A stretch of 37,770 nucleotides of DNA, from contig JALJEE010002753.1 in the NCBI GenBank assembly GCA_023231475.1, forward strand, positions 1-37,770, read 5' to 3'. Shown here one piece after another: positions 11,010-25,647 of this stretch. Made by a program: the position numbers and the translations under genes. Each line of letters starts with the position of its first letter. Positions within the stretch are counted from its first letter, which is position 1. The notes under the pieces were generated by a model. That model saw nothing but the letters and a program-made list of their open reading frames with translations, had not been told where the DNA came from and ran no database searches. The stretch is from Seison nebaliae. Lineage: Eukaryota.

Positions 11010-14000
11010 AGTTTCGATGAGAAAGATAATATTTAATAAAAGAAGAATGTCGACATATCAGAATTTTCATTCTCTTCTCGTGATTGAAGGAATCGGACGT
11101 TTTCCTTCTTGAAAAAAATAATAACTTCTTAAATCATTTACCATTTATCATCGCATGATTTTAGAATGTGAAGATGATTACCTAATATTATTATTATTAT
11201 TGTTGTTGTTGTTTGTCTTGTTATTGTTGATGGTGTGAAATGAGTGATATTATTAAGAGAATTGAACGTCAACAATGAGTGTGTTAGGAGGAGGGGGAGG
11301 ATGGGAGAAGAATAGATTCATCATCATAACATATCTCATCAATCGATCTTTCCAATCACTTCATTCGTTTGAACAACCTACTTCTTTTAACAATTCACTT
11401 CGAATGAATAGAAAGATAATTAATCTACGATTCATCCATCCAATATCCATAGTCACTTATCCGTTACACATAGACATACATCAATCTCATCAATTGATCG
11501 TTCCACATTTCTCTAAAGAAGAAGAAGATACAATATCCTATTGATTCTGTCCATTCCAAATATCATCTCAATTACTTTTCGAGTCTAAATCATATTTTCA
11601 TACATCAAATTGATTACTATCCCATCTGGTCCGGTTTCCATACCCCTCACTTTTATCATAACCGCTTCTTCTGCAAAGATTATCGACGAATAGAAATATC
11701 TCTTACTTTTCCATCAACTATTCCATCGACATACGTCAAATGATTGTGGTTAGGAGACTAACGAAATGCGATAGAAAAAAATAATCGAAGAAAACGTTAA
11801 AACTGTTTTCTGTCGATAAGGAAATATGAATTCTTATCGTTAAACATAAATATCATCAATCTCCACTATCTTCTAACCAACGAACAACAACGACAACAAC
11901 AAGAAAAACATTATGTAAATATTCACTTGTCCGTTATCAGATCAGTGATAGTTCCAGTAATTATTGATGAATTTTGTTTGAATAAAAAAAAGGAAGAACG
12001 TTCAAAAATTGAATTCAATGGAAATAAAACATTCCCCAATTGGAGTTAAGGTCGTCATTGTCTGATATTATTGTTGACATTAAACTCTCACAGTCTTGTC
12101 AGTCTTTATATCAGTTCGACGGAAAAAGAAAGAAGGAAGTTTGACTGGCGGTTTTTTGTATTGGAAAAATATGATGGAGTCTTATCGATTATTATTCTTT
12201 CATATTCGATTTTATGGAAATGAAATTTTATGGAACGTAAAAATTTTGACGTTTTCTATTAGGGGTGGCACTCCTTATCAACTGGAATGATATATGTTAA
12301 TATAATTCATTTCACTCACTGGAACTAAATATTCGTTCGCTTTTATCTAATTTGTATCTTTCATTTCTTTTCTCAGATGATTGTGAACATTCCAATTACG
12401 AGAGTTCACCTTTCAACTTTATTTCATAACAAATCGAAAGGAAGAAAGATATGTTCTTTGACTGTGCATCGAAATAAATAGATGTAGTCTGATTAATTCA
12501 AACGGAAATTTCTATTTGAAAGGCGAAGGTTAAGAAACGGTTTGACTCTAACCACAGAGCACACTTCCATTTCTTCCTCCAACCTATTCTGAATAATCGA
12601 CGTCGAAATCAATTCGACATTCCTTAAGATGTTTGTACGTGGGAACTGATGGTTCAATTTCCATCAACTCTCATTCAAAGGAAATGTAAGAGGGAATGTA
12701 AAGTCGAGTTGTACATCGTAAGGAATAAAAATTGTTGAAGTATCATTTCCGATAATATTATTCAAATGTCATTTTCTACTAATAGAAGAATCGTTTTTTT
12801 GTTGTGTTGCCGGTGAATGGGAACAATTAATTCTCAGTAAATAGAGTGAAATGTTATTTCTTTCTTTTCGAACAATACTTATAATTTTCAAAGAATATAT
12901 CAAGAGAAAAAACAACAATTACTTCTATTACATAATCGTTCCGTGAATTTCAAGTCACTATTCCTAATGTCAGTTAATCTAATAACTCAAATAGATAATA
13001 ATAAAAAATTAGGAAATATATTGATTTTTTAAAATATCCGAAATAATTAATTAAATTAATTACTTTTTTTATTTTGATAGAATTTATTATCTGATGAAAA
13101 TTTATTTGTTTGGGAATCACATTAGAAATAAGGTGTTATCTCTAAAATGATTGATTTTGATGGATGGATTACGTTTTATATATTGTTGATTTGAAGGAGA
13201 ATTTGTTTTATATTTATTCTCACTTTCTCCGATATGAAGAAAAAGTAGTAAAAGGAGAAAAGGAATAGTGACATTTGCACGAAAGAAATAAAAGAAGAAA
13301 TAAGCGAATCTCACATAATATGTAGAATTGGACGATGTATATTGGACCATATGCTGCGCTCTTCTCCACTGCAACGAATTAGTGGAAGAGGAGCTCTTGT
13401 CGACTTGATCTACTGGAGGGAATAGCAGCTCCTGCACGTGTACTCCCAAAATAATTCTCTTCTCCTTCCCCCTCTTCGAACAGAGAAGAAACCTGATATT
13501 TACATTTACGATAGAGATAAACATTTTGATTGAACTACTAAAAATATCGGATGAACATAGAGAAAATATTTTGGTGTTCTTCTTGTTGTTGTTGTTGTTG
13601 TTGTTAATGGTGGGAGGAATATAGTCTAGTAAAATAGAGTAGAAGAGGAATTGTCTTTAACATAAAGAAAGATTTTGTTGATGACTCGATCGAATGAATA
13701 GAAGAAGAGATAAAAGACTCTATTCTTTTAGGACGAGAATACATCGAGACTTAATCATACGAATTGGATAATGTTGATGAAAACAACTGCATTATAACTT
13801 CTCTTCAAATGCTTCAATATTGATTGTCGCATATGATACAGAAACGACGAGGAATATACATAAAAATATGAGGAATTTATAATATTCTTTTCGTATTCGA
13901 ACTGTAAATAAATAACTTTTTCTTTGCAATCCTTCCCCATACAAATTCCTCAAACAGTTCATTCTTTTCTTTCGCTCTATTCATTGATATCCTGATATTC

Positions 14001-14260
14001 AATCAAAATATCACGATTATTTTATTCGGCAAATTGGTCGGAATTAGTAGATGGTGGGTAAGGTTGTCGGTCGGAAATAGGTTTCTACTCTTACAAATGG
14101 AGTAATCGCTATCTCATTTACAAAATAAATAAAGTTTCAGAAGAGAATTCAAGGAAACGCAAAATCGTTATTTGGTAATTGGATGGATGTCTTCCCGATT
14201 CCATGTGGAGTTCATGATCGCAACTTTCAACAAATCATTCCGTAATTTTAATAATTTAAC

Positions 14261-14984
14261 CGAAAAACGCAGCAGATGGAGAAAAGAGTCGGTTTAATTT
14301 GGTTCTTTCTGAAAAGCTTCGTATAATATCTGGAAATTTTCCGTTTTACATTTATTCGTCAAATTAATTTATAAGTTTTCTTTGTCAGTGGGGATATGTA
14401 TATCCGTCGAAGAGATTTCCTCATGATTAATTAAAAGAAATGACATGATTGTACTAACATTCATAATGTTTATCCGAGAGAATTAACGGACCAGTATATG
14501 GTACGAAGACTTGAGATGCGGTAGATGAGATATAGCGATCTGGTCCTTCGCTTCTTGATCGAGTAACTTCAAAATTTCCATTCGACTTTGGTCCGCTCGT
14601 CGGTTTCGATCTGTTTCTGTTCGTAAAAGAGTTAGATGACGGTGATGGTTTATTATATGAATGGTTTGAAAATTTATTTTTCGATGACGAGTTGTTTGAC
14701 ATCTGTCGTGATATTGGTGGTAATTCTGACTTTTTCGGTTCTATCAAACGTTCAGGACTCTTATTATTCTCGACGTTATTCTTATCTCTATTCTCATTCA
14801 TATCTCTATTCTCATTCAAATCTTCGTTATAATATCTATGATGATCATTATGATCATGATTCTCAATTGGAATTGAATCTTCATTATCATCATTGCTCTG
14901 AATGCCATCATCATATGGAGCTTTCTTCAACGAACGATCTTCTCCAAATGAACCGGATCCATATTGCGAATCGTTTTCCATCAT
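14261..14984 (-). CDS. Putative upstream coding exons (14984-14459, 14329-14261) encoding an acidic/Asn/Ser-rich disordered region; probable alternative N-terminus of the tau-like gene
   Basis: A 175-codon ORF with protein-like composition ends at a GTTAGT donor (phase 1). It is followed by an open 69-nt CAG..GTT exon, again ending in phase 1, which is compatible with the 9850 repeat exon. The linkage is inferred. Confidence 0.55.
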
Positions 14985-15334
14985 TATTCCCGTTTCCACT
15001 CTAACTCTATTAAGTTATGTTTGTAAAAAAATTGTAGTTGGACTGTTGAAATTTCAATTAAAAATTCTTCTTGTTTGATCGTTGATACATAGGATTGGGT
15101 GAAATACAAATCAATTTTTTCTCTTCGAGAAATCTCCAGAAAAATTATTTTCCTTCAAATAAATTATCCGTCTAATCACTTGTTCGTGAGATGAATCAAC
15201 TTTTACATAACACACATAAAACTTTATTAAAACTTAAACAAAGTCGAATTATTAGAGGAAAATTAAATTTGTATTAGCAGAAATCCGAGTGAGATAGATC
15301 GAATGGGAAGTTTTATAGACGTGTGCTCAATATG

Positions 15335-15347
15335 GCTGCTAGGCAAC
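15335..15347 (-). promoter_or_regulatory. X-box-like RFX motif
   Basis: The minus strand reads GTTGCCTAGCAGC, a 12/13 match to GTTGCCTAGCAAC, ~350 bp upstream of the ATG at 14984. Confidence 0.5.
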
Positions 15348-18300
15348 GAATATTTGGATTAAATCTATGTACATAAAATGGAGTTTTCTCTAACTTTTTC
15401 CAATGAAACTTGTCGGAATAAGAGAATTCAATTTGGACAATATTTTTTTAATTGAACTCCTCGTACATTTCGAACACTCCTCAAATTCGACGTTTTCCGA
15501 AAGTTTTTTAAAGAAATATTTTTGGATAAGTTAAAACCTTTTCATTACTTTTTCTCTATTATACATTCATCAATGTCAAGAATATTATTTTTCTTCTTTC
15601 TAAGAGAGACTATATCAAAATGGTCTTGTAAGAACCGATATGTCGTCAACACGTTCCTTCCACGATCAATTACAATCATTCATTTTTCTCATTTAGTCAG
15701 TCTTCACAATTACTTGTGAATTACTCCAGTACAATTGGCATTCTCTTCTCGTTGTTATCCCGTTGGTTTGTTGTTTTCCATTTGATCGAGGAGAAAAAAG
15801 AGTCGATAATTTCCTGTCAATCAAACAGTGCAAATCATGTAATAAAAATGTTTATTAAAGAGCGATACATGTCAGTCAATTGGTATTAAACAAATAAAAT
15901 TGGTATTTCCTTTTCGGAGAAATTTCTCCTTCTACTTTCGTTTCTTGTGGAATTTTCTGACAAACCTCAAAAATTTTTTGTTTTCATTATTGGTTAGCGC
16001 ATTTAGTAAATGACAATTTATTGGAGCATTGATATGCAACTTCAAGTTCGTTTAATCGAATATCATTTTGATAGGAGACAAGACAAAAAGAGAACCTGCT
16101 TCGTTCCACCATAATTGTTGAATCGATTGAACGAAATAGTTTCGAAGAAAGAAATCGTTTTTTGGAGAGACCTAACAACAGAATAAATGAGGAGAGTTTT
16201 ATGAGAAAGAAATAAAGTAACGATTAGGAATTGGAATCTACTTATAGAAAATATGTTTAGTTCTAATCTCATAAATTTTCAATATCAGAAGCCTTCGGCT
16301 ATTTAATATAGCAACAAAGGGGAATATCCTCTATTCTCCTTCATTCTCCCCCCAAAAAATCAGATAGACAACACAAGAGAATAACTAAAAGAAGTAACAT
16401 TGAGTATTTTAAAATATTTTTTATATGACTACTTACAAATTCGTCATATGAAAGGGCAAATAATTTATTGTCAACTTAAAACATCATCAGCATCGATTGA
16501 AGTTAGAAAGTAAACGAATTCATAAACTCATTGAAACATCTTAAGATTTCTATTTTTACACATGTTATAAATTATTCTGGTAAACAAGATGCTTTTAAAG
16601 AAATGGTTATTTAAATTAATTTCTATCCAACATCAATTTGACTGAAAGAAAAGTAGTTGTTTTGGTGATTTTTATGAATCGATAATGGGAGGTCAATTTG
16701 GAGAATTCTTATAAATAATTAATCAAAGTGCCATAAGTAATTGGTTAAAGTGTTGCATCTGTTGAGATAAATTGGGATGTTGGAATAAATCAATCATTTC
16801 CCCCACATCACAATTCGTTCGGATAATGAACTGATAAATTGGACTAATTTGCACTAGGAAGACAAATTGTTGGAATCGAAGTGTTTTTGAATTAATGCAA
16901 ATGATTATGATAATCGTCTCTTCAACCTTCTCTTCTTTTCTCCAATTCGCTTAATCGAACATTTTGATTGTCGTAGTAATCTGGTGAGGTAGGTCGATGA
17001 GGTTTAAACTTCCATTGTACGGAAGAGCTTGTTAATAACATAATAATATGAGATAAGATTACAAGCATTGAGACGAAAATAATTGTGTGAAGGTTAAGAA
17101 ACTGTATGGTTAGTGGAGATTAATTTGATCATAAAATTTCCATCGAATTCTCGTTGTAAGCAGTTGGAAGGTTGGAGTCCTGACTTATCTTTTATCAATT
17201 CGGAGTCAATTGTCTTTGATATAAATCAATGGGGATGGGGCGGAGAGGAAATGAAATGAAACATTTCTGCCAACTTTTATTAGAACCTTTGGAATTGAAC
17301 GGGATTGTTTATATTCAGATACAGATTCGAATCGAGACTATGTTAGTTCGGAAGTAGAGTTCACTCCTACAATTGGCTTCATCTTAAAATTATTTCAAGA
17401 TTCTCATTTCTCGGCAATTGAAAAGTGTGATTGACTTCGCAGTGTCGATTCGCTATCTATTTACCAACTAGAAGGAAAAATGAAAGAAATGTATACGTAT
17501 ATCATTACGCCGAAGTGAGCAACATTCGAATTGTTGGGAAAGATGATTCTTGTGAATTCTCATTCACTTTTAGTTCCTCGTTGTGGAATAGTTCGAGAAA
17601 TGTTCCCAGTATTAGCCGCCGACAAATTAATATCGATAGAAGACTTTCCGCTAAGTTGTTTATCTATCTAAAGTTCTAATTAAATTAATATTAAATTTAT
17701 TTCATTTACATTCCACCATCATTGATGGATGTATTATTTCCATATATTATGAGAGATATTGTTGTAGGAGAATAAAAGAAGTTATTTTATTAGTAGCACC
17801 ATCTAATGTTGGCTTGTAAGAAGAAGAAGAAGAAAGGAAGAAGAAATTTCTATATTATCGACATAATCGACACCTGTCTCACATTGCTTATCATTCTCTT
17901 CTTTGCAACTTTCTTCATCGTCTTTCTCAAAAACTGGTCTTATATAAATTGCTTATGTATCTGCCAAATTTCTTTTAGGGAGAAGAAATTTAGTTTTCTT
18001 ATTCACTCCTTCCCACCAACTAACGACACTAACAAATGTGATATCGTCCTTAATTCGAGTGTTCTATCACTGAAGAACAACAACAGTAGTCCGTTCGGGA
18101 TTTATGTTAATAAGAATATCTGCTCAAATCTCTTATGTCATTCTCCATAATGTTTTGTTCAATTATTGTTAAATGTAGTCCAAGGTTGATTTTCAGTATT
18201 GACTAATCTTCCTACAAGGTATTAATTTTCTATTTTTTAACCGTCTACCAAGATAATATCCATTTCTTAGACTTCCACTTACATCTTGTTAGACATCTTT

Positions 18301-20659
18301 TCCAGGTGTTGAATTTAGATAAAAATCCCTTCAACATTTCAGTTAACTTATCTGACAATTTGTTCGCGTAAAAATTCTTCCGGATCGATTAACAAAATTT
18401 TGTAATTTCCCAATTACTTAACTCGGTTATCGAGATGATCTGTTATAATTATGAGATATTGATTAATTTCAGATGAGTCAAACATATATCTCTGATGAAT
18501 CAGAAAATGAATTTCAGTCGTTTCGGTGAGTAAGAGATTAGTCGTCTGGTTCCAATATCATCTAAAGGATGAATAGCTTTTCTCCTTCCGCAAATCCACC
18601 CACATACCCAATTTTCCTTTGGGATATACAAAATTATCATTTAACTTTACAGGATGGAATAATGGTGCCATATTATGCGGTCAAAATGTGTGTTCCCTCC
18701 TTTCTTGAGACGTGTGAATGATAAAAGTTGAATTATTATTATTCAATGATCCAATTCAACGAAATTATTACATTACACCAAAACAGGATATGAAACACTT
18801 CATTATTGGCAATATTAACAAAAGGAGCATTATGTGCACATGGCGCTTATCGATATGATTTTGCGGTTGAATAATTTGTTGTATGAAGAAGAAGAAATAG
18901 AAGAAATTAACACGATTTCATTACGTCCGTTTAATTGGTACATTTTATCGACATTATCTACTAATTTGTCGAAATTGACATAAGTTAGGACGGACGCCAA
19001 AGAAAAGGACCTGTTCCTCCTAATTGCACTAGTCGTTGTAATCGGAGTAATGGTGAGGAGTGAGTAGAGATTCCCTCCACAATAATCAAATGAGGAAGAA
19101 TTGTGAAGAAATCTAATAAAAGTAGTACGAGGATGATAGTTCCAATATATCGATAAGCTTGCCCAAAAGATATTTTTTAGGGGAGAATTATCGTTACACA
19201 TCACTATCTAATATTATTACCATCTATCATCACACCAATTTCTTTATATTAATATAAATGACGTTTTTCTTATTGTTATTTCTCCGACGATGATATTTAT
19301 TCATTTATTATCAAATTCTTCTTCTTCCTCCGAACGCATAATGAGAATGAATTGGAAGATAAAGTTTCATTAGTTTCTATCACTTCTAATATACATATCT
19401 ATAATGATTGAATCGCGATATATATGACGATTCTATTCCAGTCATTCGTCAGGAAACTTATTTCCTTCCTTGACCGACATCTACCCGAATTCTCTAATAT
19501 CCAATCTCGTCTACATGGAATGACGTGAAAATGAGATCAATCCTTTTCCAATTTGTGCATATACACCAAGCAACTTCCTTCCTTCAATTAGAACACATAT
19601 TCAATCTGTTTCCTGTTTCCATTATGGATGACAATGAAAGTTCACCTTGTAATATTTCTCTTTTGGATGAAATTGTCGACGAGTTCTTTTCCACTTTATT
19701 CTTAAGAAGCAGTTTGACATCGAATTATCCGGTTCGATTCTTATCCGATTTATCTGCTACTGCTTCAATCAATCAAAATATTCATATTCTCATTCGACAT
19801 TGAACAATTTGAAGAAGACGAAGAGATGTCGATGAGAAGGAATGATAAAAAAAGATTATTGTTTGAAATAATGATGTTCATCATGAAAAGTTTATTACTT
19901 CGATTATCATCAATCTATTTCATATGATATGCACCATTCCATGTTCATGTTCAAATTCTCTTTATGTTTCCCCCACCAATTTTTTTCTTCACGATGAATA
20001 CTTCCATGTAACAGTTACCATTTCGTCTTTTGATGAAGATGATTCTTTTATTGATCATACTTTACTCGTTCCTTTACGTATTGCCTCTCCTCTGATGTTA
20101 ATTCAGATTATGATGATGGTGATGATGATTTTCATAAACGAAAAATATCGATAATAAATTTACAAATATTTTCTCCCCATACCAATTCAACAACTACTCA
20201 AACGATAAAGTAACTCAATTCATCTATGTATCGAGAGTATTTCATCCAATTTGACTCTGCTTAATAAATTTATTTGTGATCATTTTTCATCGACCTGTCA
20301 GATGGCAATTAAGAAGGAAAAATAGAATTTTCTTTGGTGGGTTTTCCTATATAAATTTTTCTTCTTCTTTTCATGTAGATAAATTTCTTTTAGTTGATGC
20401 AAATCGAACGCAAACCAAATCTTTATCTTCCTGCTCCTCAACTAATATCTCATGCATCAATACATCGATATGTTTCCGATCAATGAAGGTTGATACAACA
20501 TTGCAACAACAACAACAACAACAACAACATCTTCCTCTAAAAGGATTAACATCTATCAATCACGAATTCCTCTTCATTTCATTTTCTATCAGACAAAACC
20601 GAATTCATTTGTCTCACCATCCCCAATAAATTTCATGTATTCATTCCGTTCCATCACTG

Positions 20660-23600
20660 ATGATGATGATGATGAATTGTAAAATTTTTCAATTTCTCAT
20701 AATCCTCACTATCACACTCATCGTCGTATCGAGAGAGAATGGGAATGATGTGTCATTCCACAATATAAAGAAACTTCGAGTGATAACTTCGACAAAGACT
20801 CAGCGACGGAATGTTGATGAGGAGAATGAAATGAAGGAATTATTAGATGCTCATCGCACAATCATCAATTTCACCAAACATGACAATGTCGATGAATCAT
20901 TCTATTTTATTCATTTGAAAGATTTTCAAAAAATTCAACAATATTATCTCAGACAATCTAAACAATTATCTGTTCAACCATTTCCCGTTTGTCTCATTAT
21001 TCACTTGACATTGGACGCTCTCGTCGATGCTCAACTACGACATGTTTATCGCATGTTATCAATGATACAATTATATAAAGGAATCTATGACACATATCCA
21101 ACTACCAATCATACTAATCAATTTATTAAAGTTCCTCGAAAATTTCATTTAAAATTCTATCGAAATTTTATTAATTTTATTAGACTGCCATTGAAATGGC
21201 GGGTGAATGTCGATCGTCCTTCATCGATAAACATAATGAATGTCAATTGATGGGAAAGCAGAAAAACATTTACTACAATTCCTTAGAATTAATCAGGAAG
21301 CTATTAACACAATCTTATGAATTCCATTGGAAATTGGCACCCCACCATTTATCTTATACGCAACTTCTCTTCGAATTTCAAACAAATCATTATGTTTATG
21401 GTTTACTTTTCTGCATATTTCCCAAATAATAGAATTATTGGATTTAGCAATTCGTATTTTATTCTGTTCGGAAAGGCGATTTGTTCACGAATTCTCTTTA
21501 TCACAGAATCGTTTGATTATTCATTATAAAATTATTAGAAAAACGACAAGTTCATTCTCATCAACATTCTCTCTTATATATATTTCCTCTTCTCGCAGAA
21601 TGCACGTCATTTATTACGACTTTATCCACCGAATTATTTCTGTCATCATCAAAACGACGGGAGAAAATTTCAGTTGCCATTATTCATCGTTTCTTCTCCG
21701 CCAAACTAAAACAAGATATTACCGTTCGTCTCTCTATTCCCATTTTCCATTTCATCATTTTCACAGATTTCAGCGTCTTACGGAAAGAAGAATAATTGTT
21801 ACGAAACGATAAGTCAATCGAAATTCATCAAAGTTCTACCTCATCTCAAAATTCCTCAATTATTCGGGATTCTACGAAATAAAGAAAAAAATATATGTAG
21901 AGGAGAAACCGAATTTAAATATTGGCAAAATAAATTCAGTCAATCGCCACAATGTGAAACTTATTTGAATTTGAAAACCATTTCAAAGAACTATCAATAT
22001 TTCTTCCATTTTTTTCCCGAAAATTCCTCCAACAATTCATCCTTACCATTACTCACATCTAATCAATCATACGATAATAGAAATCCAATTGTTATACTAT
22101 CTCCAAATGTTTTTCTTTTTATCTACTTCAATTTCTCATATCTCTCTTTTTAGTCCTCCGATAGTGAAACCACGACGGAATTTTCGTTCAATAAAATTCT
22201 GGATAACAAACAGAAAAAGGAGATGATTGTTACGAATCTCAGACACAACAAAGACGAAACTGGAAAAATTTACAATATCTACAAAATTTTATTTGGGGCG
22301 TATGATCGAAAAATGGATTTAAATGAGAATGTCGTTATTAATGTGGATGGAATCAAACCGGTAATAGTCGCAGATATTTTGGTAATAATTTGTTGTTTCA
22401 TTAACATTCTAATTCAATTATATTTCGTGTTAGTAATTTGAAATAGAAAATTTATCTCATTATTTATATAGTGGCTGCAAATATTGGAAGGAACCGAGAA
22501 TATTCCACTTGTTCTTCACCGCCATATTCCATTCTATAAAAATTACATTAACCGTAACCATATTCCAAAAAGTTTTCCATATTTTCTTTTAAATTTCTTT
22601 ATTTGATAAATTTTGAAGAAAACGTGCAAAACTTTATGTATTATTTTTTATTGGGTGAACTTATCGTGTTATGGATGGCTCTTTTCTCATTGTTCGTATT
22701 GTTTGGGAAATTTAATTTTACGAATTAACATCCTCAATTATTTGTGTGGACAATTTAATTTGTTGAAGAAGAAGAAATCAAAATACATCATCGAATCGTT
22801 CTATCCGAAAAGTTTATCTCCATCAAATTTGAATTCTCATCGAAATGTAATTCATCGCGATTCGAATGAAACAATTCCATCATCGTCCACTCAATTCTTT
22901 CCGGCACAACATTCACAATCGTCGATGGATAATGGAATTAATTGTTTTTGTATGAAAAAACAAAAGATGAAATTGAACGAGAAATATGTGGAATTTAAGA
23001 ATTTACAGGATCTGATTTCCGAATATTGTCGACTATGTCAAACATCTAAATGGAAACGACCAATTCTAATTTGTTGTCATTTGATGGGATGGAGTTTATA
23101 ATTTCATATTATTTTATAAATTATTATTTCTTTTTTAGTTTATCCAATTATTAGTCTTCTGATTATGACAATGAAATTCCCAAATTGTTTATTCAATCGA
23201 ACTTATTGTTGGTTGTTCGATAAATGTTATTGGATATATCTGATACCATGTGGCGCTTGTTTACCTCTTCACTTTATTGTTCTCATCTCCAATACATTCC
23301 TACGATCTAAATTACTCTCACAATTATACACGTTATCGAAATTGAATGAACAATTTCAGAAATTGTTGCGAGAAGAAGATGAGGAATTAGAGAAACGATA
23401 TAATGTTATAGCAAAATATAATTGTAAGAATAATAAACAAAATACGTCATATGAATTAGATAACGACACATATTTCACTTCATCCAAAGATTATTGGTTG
23501 TGGAAGAAAGATAAGAAATTCTCATCGAAATTCGACGGAAATTCTTTAGAGAATGAAAAACTGTTGAATTTGAATGAGAAAAAGTCAATTTTTCTTCTTT

Positions 23601-25647
23601 TTTATTCTTCACCTTTTTTTTGAAGGTCGTCAAAGAAACATTCGTTCGAAGAGAAATCGTTTCAACAATCGTTTAGAGAAGTGCTTGTTGTAATGAATGG
23701 AGTGAAGAAGAAGATTCATGAGAAGAATGTGAAGTATCGTCGTGCTAATTTAAATAATCGAATATCGAGATATTTAATGTCGGTGGCTGATCGATCAGAA
23801 GAAACATTAATTGCAACAACTGCCCCGTTTCTATTCATTCAACCTCTATGTTGGGTAGTTGGTCAATTTATTTTGAATCGTGAAGGAAGCATCAATTTTT
23901 TGATGATATGGCTCTATTTCGGATTTGCTTTACTCCTCTGTCTATTTATCACCATTTTCTACACTTTGACAAATGAAGAAGTTGAAAAATTTGTTTTTAA
24001 ATTTAAATTAATTTTTCTTTATGATAAAAATAAATTTAGTTGAAACGAAATATCATGAATGATATTTGTGGGAAATGTTATGATAACCAAATCAGGAAAT
24101 ATCGTCAAGAAAAACTATCGACAATCAGTTAATTTCTTCTATGGGAAATTAATTTTTAAATAATTCCACTTTCTTTTCAGATTCATCGAACGACGCTTTG
24201 TCTAACGAGAATTATATAAAGCGATTAATCCTACATGAGAAATTGTTGAAATATGTTGAGAATGAGAAAGAAACTTTAGGGAATTATGAGACAAAAAGTT
24301 TCGTATCAGAAACTAATGAACAATTGGGAAATGGGAAATTATCATCAATCCAACAAACAAAGAAGAATAATGAAACTAATTCTGTACCAAGTGTATCATC
24401 AATATCGATGTCATCATCATTATCGCCATCCAATGCATCGTCACCTTTTGAAATTAGTATTCATAAACCGGTTTTAGATAAACCGCCAACTATACCCAAA
24501 AATCAACGTCCAACCGAATCATATTCATCGTCAATTCCAAGAAAGAAATATATTCCGACAAATTCAACAATTGACACATTACCCAAAAGAAATTCGTCAC
24601 AAAGAATTATTTCAAATACTAATATACAATATCAAGAAAATCCATCAAAAAATCGTCGTCATTTGAATAGTGAAAACTCTTATTATCATCAAATGTTCAA
24701 TTATAATACACAACAGAAATATGCGTACGAGAAGATGTTAACGAATGATGACAGAAAATATAGCGAGAATGAAATTCCTGAAGTTTGGCCTACGTCCATT
24801 CAATTTAATTCGACTTATTCTATGAACAATTCCATTCCTGATAATGAAGATAATGAGAGGAGAAAGAACTTGTATTCAGATGGTCAAATATTTACGAAAT
24901 CGGATGAAACGGATAATGCCAATTCATTCTCATCATTCTCCAACACATCCGTTTCTTCGGCGTCGTCTTATATTTTGGAACCGTTAGAAAATATATTTCG
25001 ACGATCTGAAAAATGTTCGAACGTAAAAGATTATGGACATTTATCTGATGCATCAGTTGATGAGAATTATTCTATGTACAAATTAGGAAGGACAACCGAA
25101 CTCGCCACGATAGCAGAAGAAAAGAATATCAATATGAATTATTTGTCGAATGAGCAAGAAAATCAGAAATTCCATTCATTAACAATGGCAATGAATCGTG
25201 GAGATGTTATGTCGAACCAGATGCAATATCCATTCTCGAACAATCAATTGGAAGCGAGCTCATTAGTTTAATCTATTTAAAATTTTTAAGTCTTTTAAAT
25301 ATTCTTTTTCTTAGAATTTCTCCGGTAGAAGTACTTGTATGATCGAAGGTTCGGATGAACAAGATATCTTTAATTCCAATATTGACATATATGTGGAAGA
25401 AGCGTCAAATGATGAAACGAAAACTATGACACCGGAATTATATACGTCGAATATGGACAATTATGGGAAAATTAAAAACTCCACCAGGAACTCGTTAATT
25501 GTTCGGAATCGTTTACATGATCAAATCGGATCATCGACGATATCGTCTGGTGGCGAAGGTGAAAGCAACGCTTTCGTCATACGTGCCAGTACATCGACAT
25601 CGAGTGATTATCGTTCTTCATTCAACGAAGGACTCGAAAATAAATAG
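20660..25647 (+). CDS. Divergent secretin/adhesion-class (class B-like) 7TM receptor, ~1470 aa; exons 20660-21130, 21184-21400, 21448(or 21433)-21549, 21599-21723, 21767-22108, 22154-22428, 22472-22571, 22619-23093, 23139-23583(or 23562), 23626-23980, 24040-24127, 24181-25265, 25315-25647
   Basis: Signal peptide; seven hydrophobic segments with class-B hallmarks: TM3 CKTLCIIFYWVNLSCYGWL, TM4 LMGWIYP, ECL2 YCWL, TM5 YLIP, TM7 ending IFYTLTNEE. Long Ser-rich cytoplasmic tail; the spliced frame is open. The 5' exons are less certain. Confidence 0.75.

Noticed and set aside
16985..17006. TGAGGTAG let-7-like seed (also at 26971)
   Set aside because: Only the seed matches; there is no complementary star arm or precursor hairpin.
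19022..19043. AATTGCACTAGTC resembling the miR-92 family 5' end; similar seed-only hits for miR-1 (~12692), miR-315 (~16962) and miR-29 (~17794)
   Set aside because: The 3' halves diverge and no convincing hairpins form; such hits are expected by chance in AT-rich DNA.
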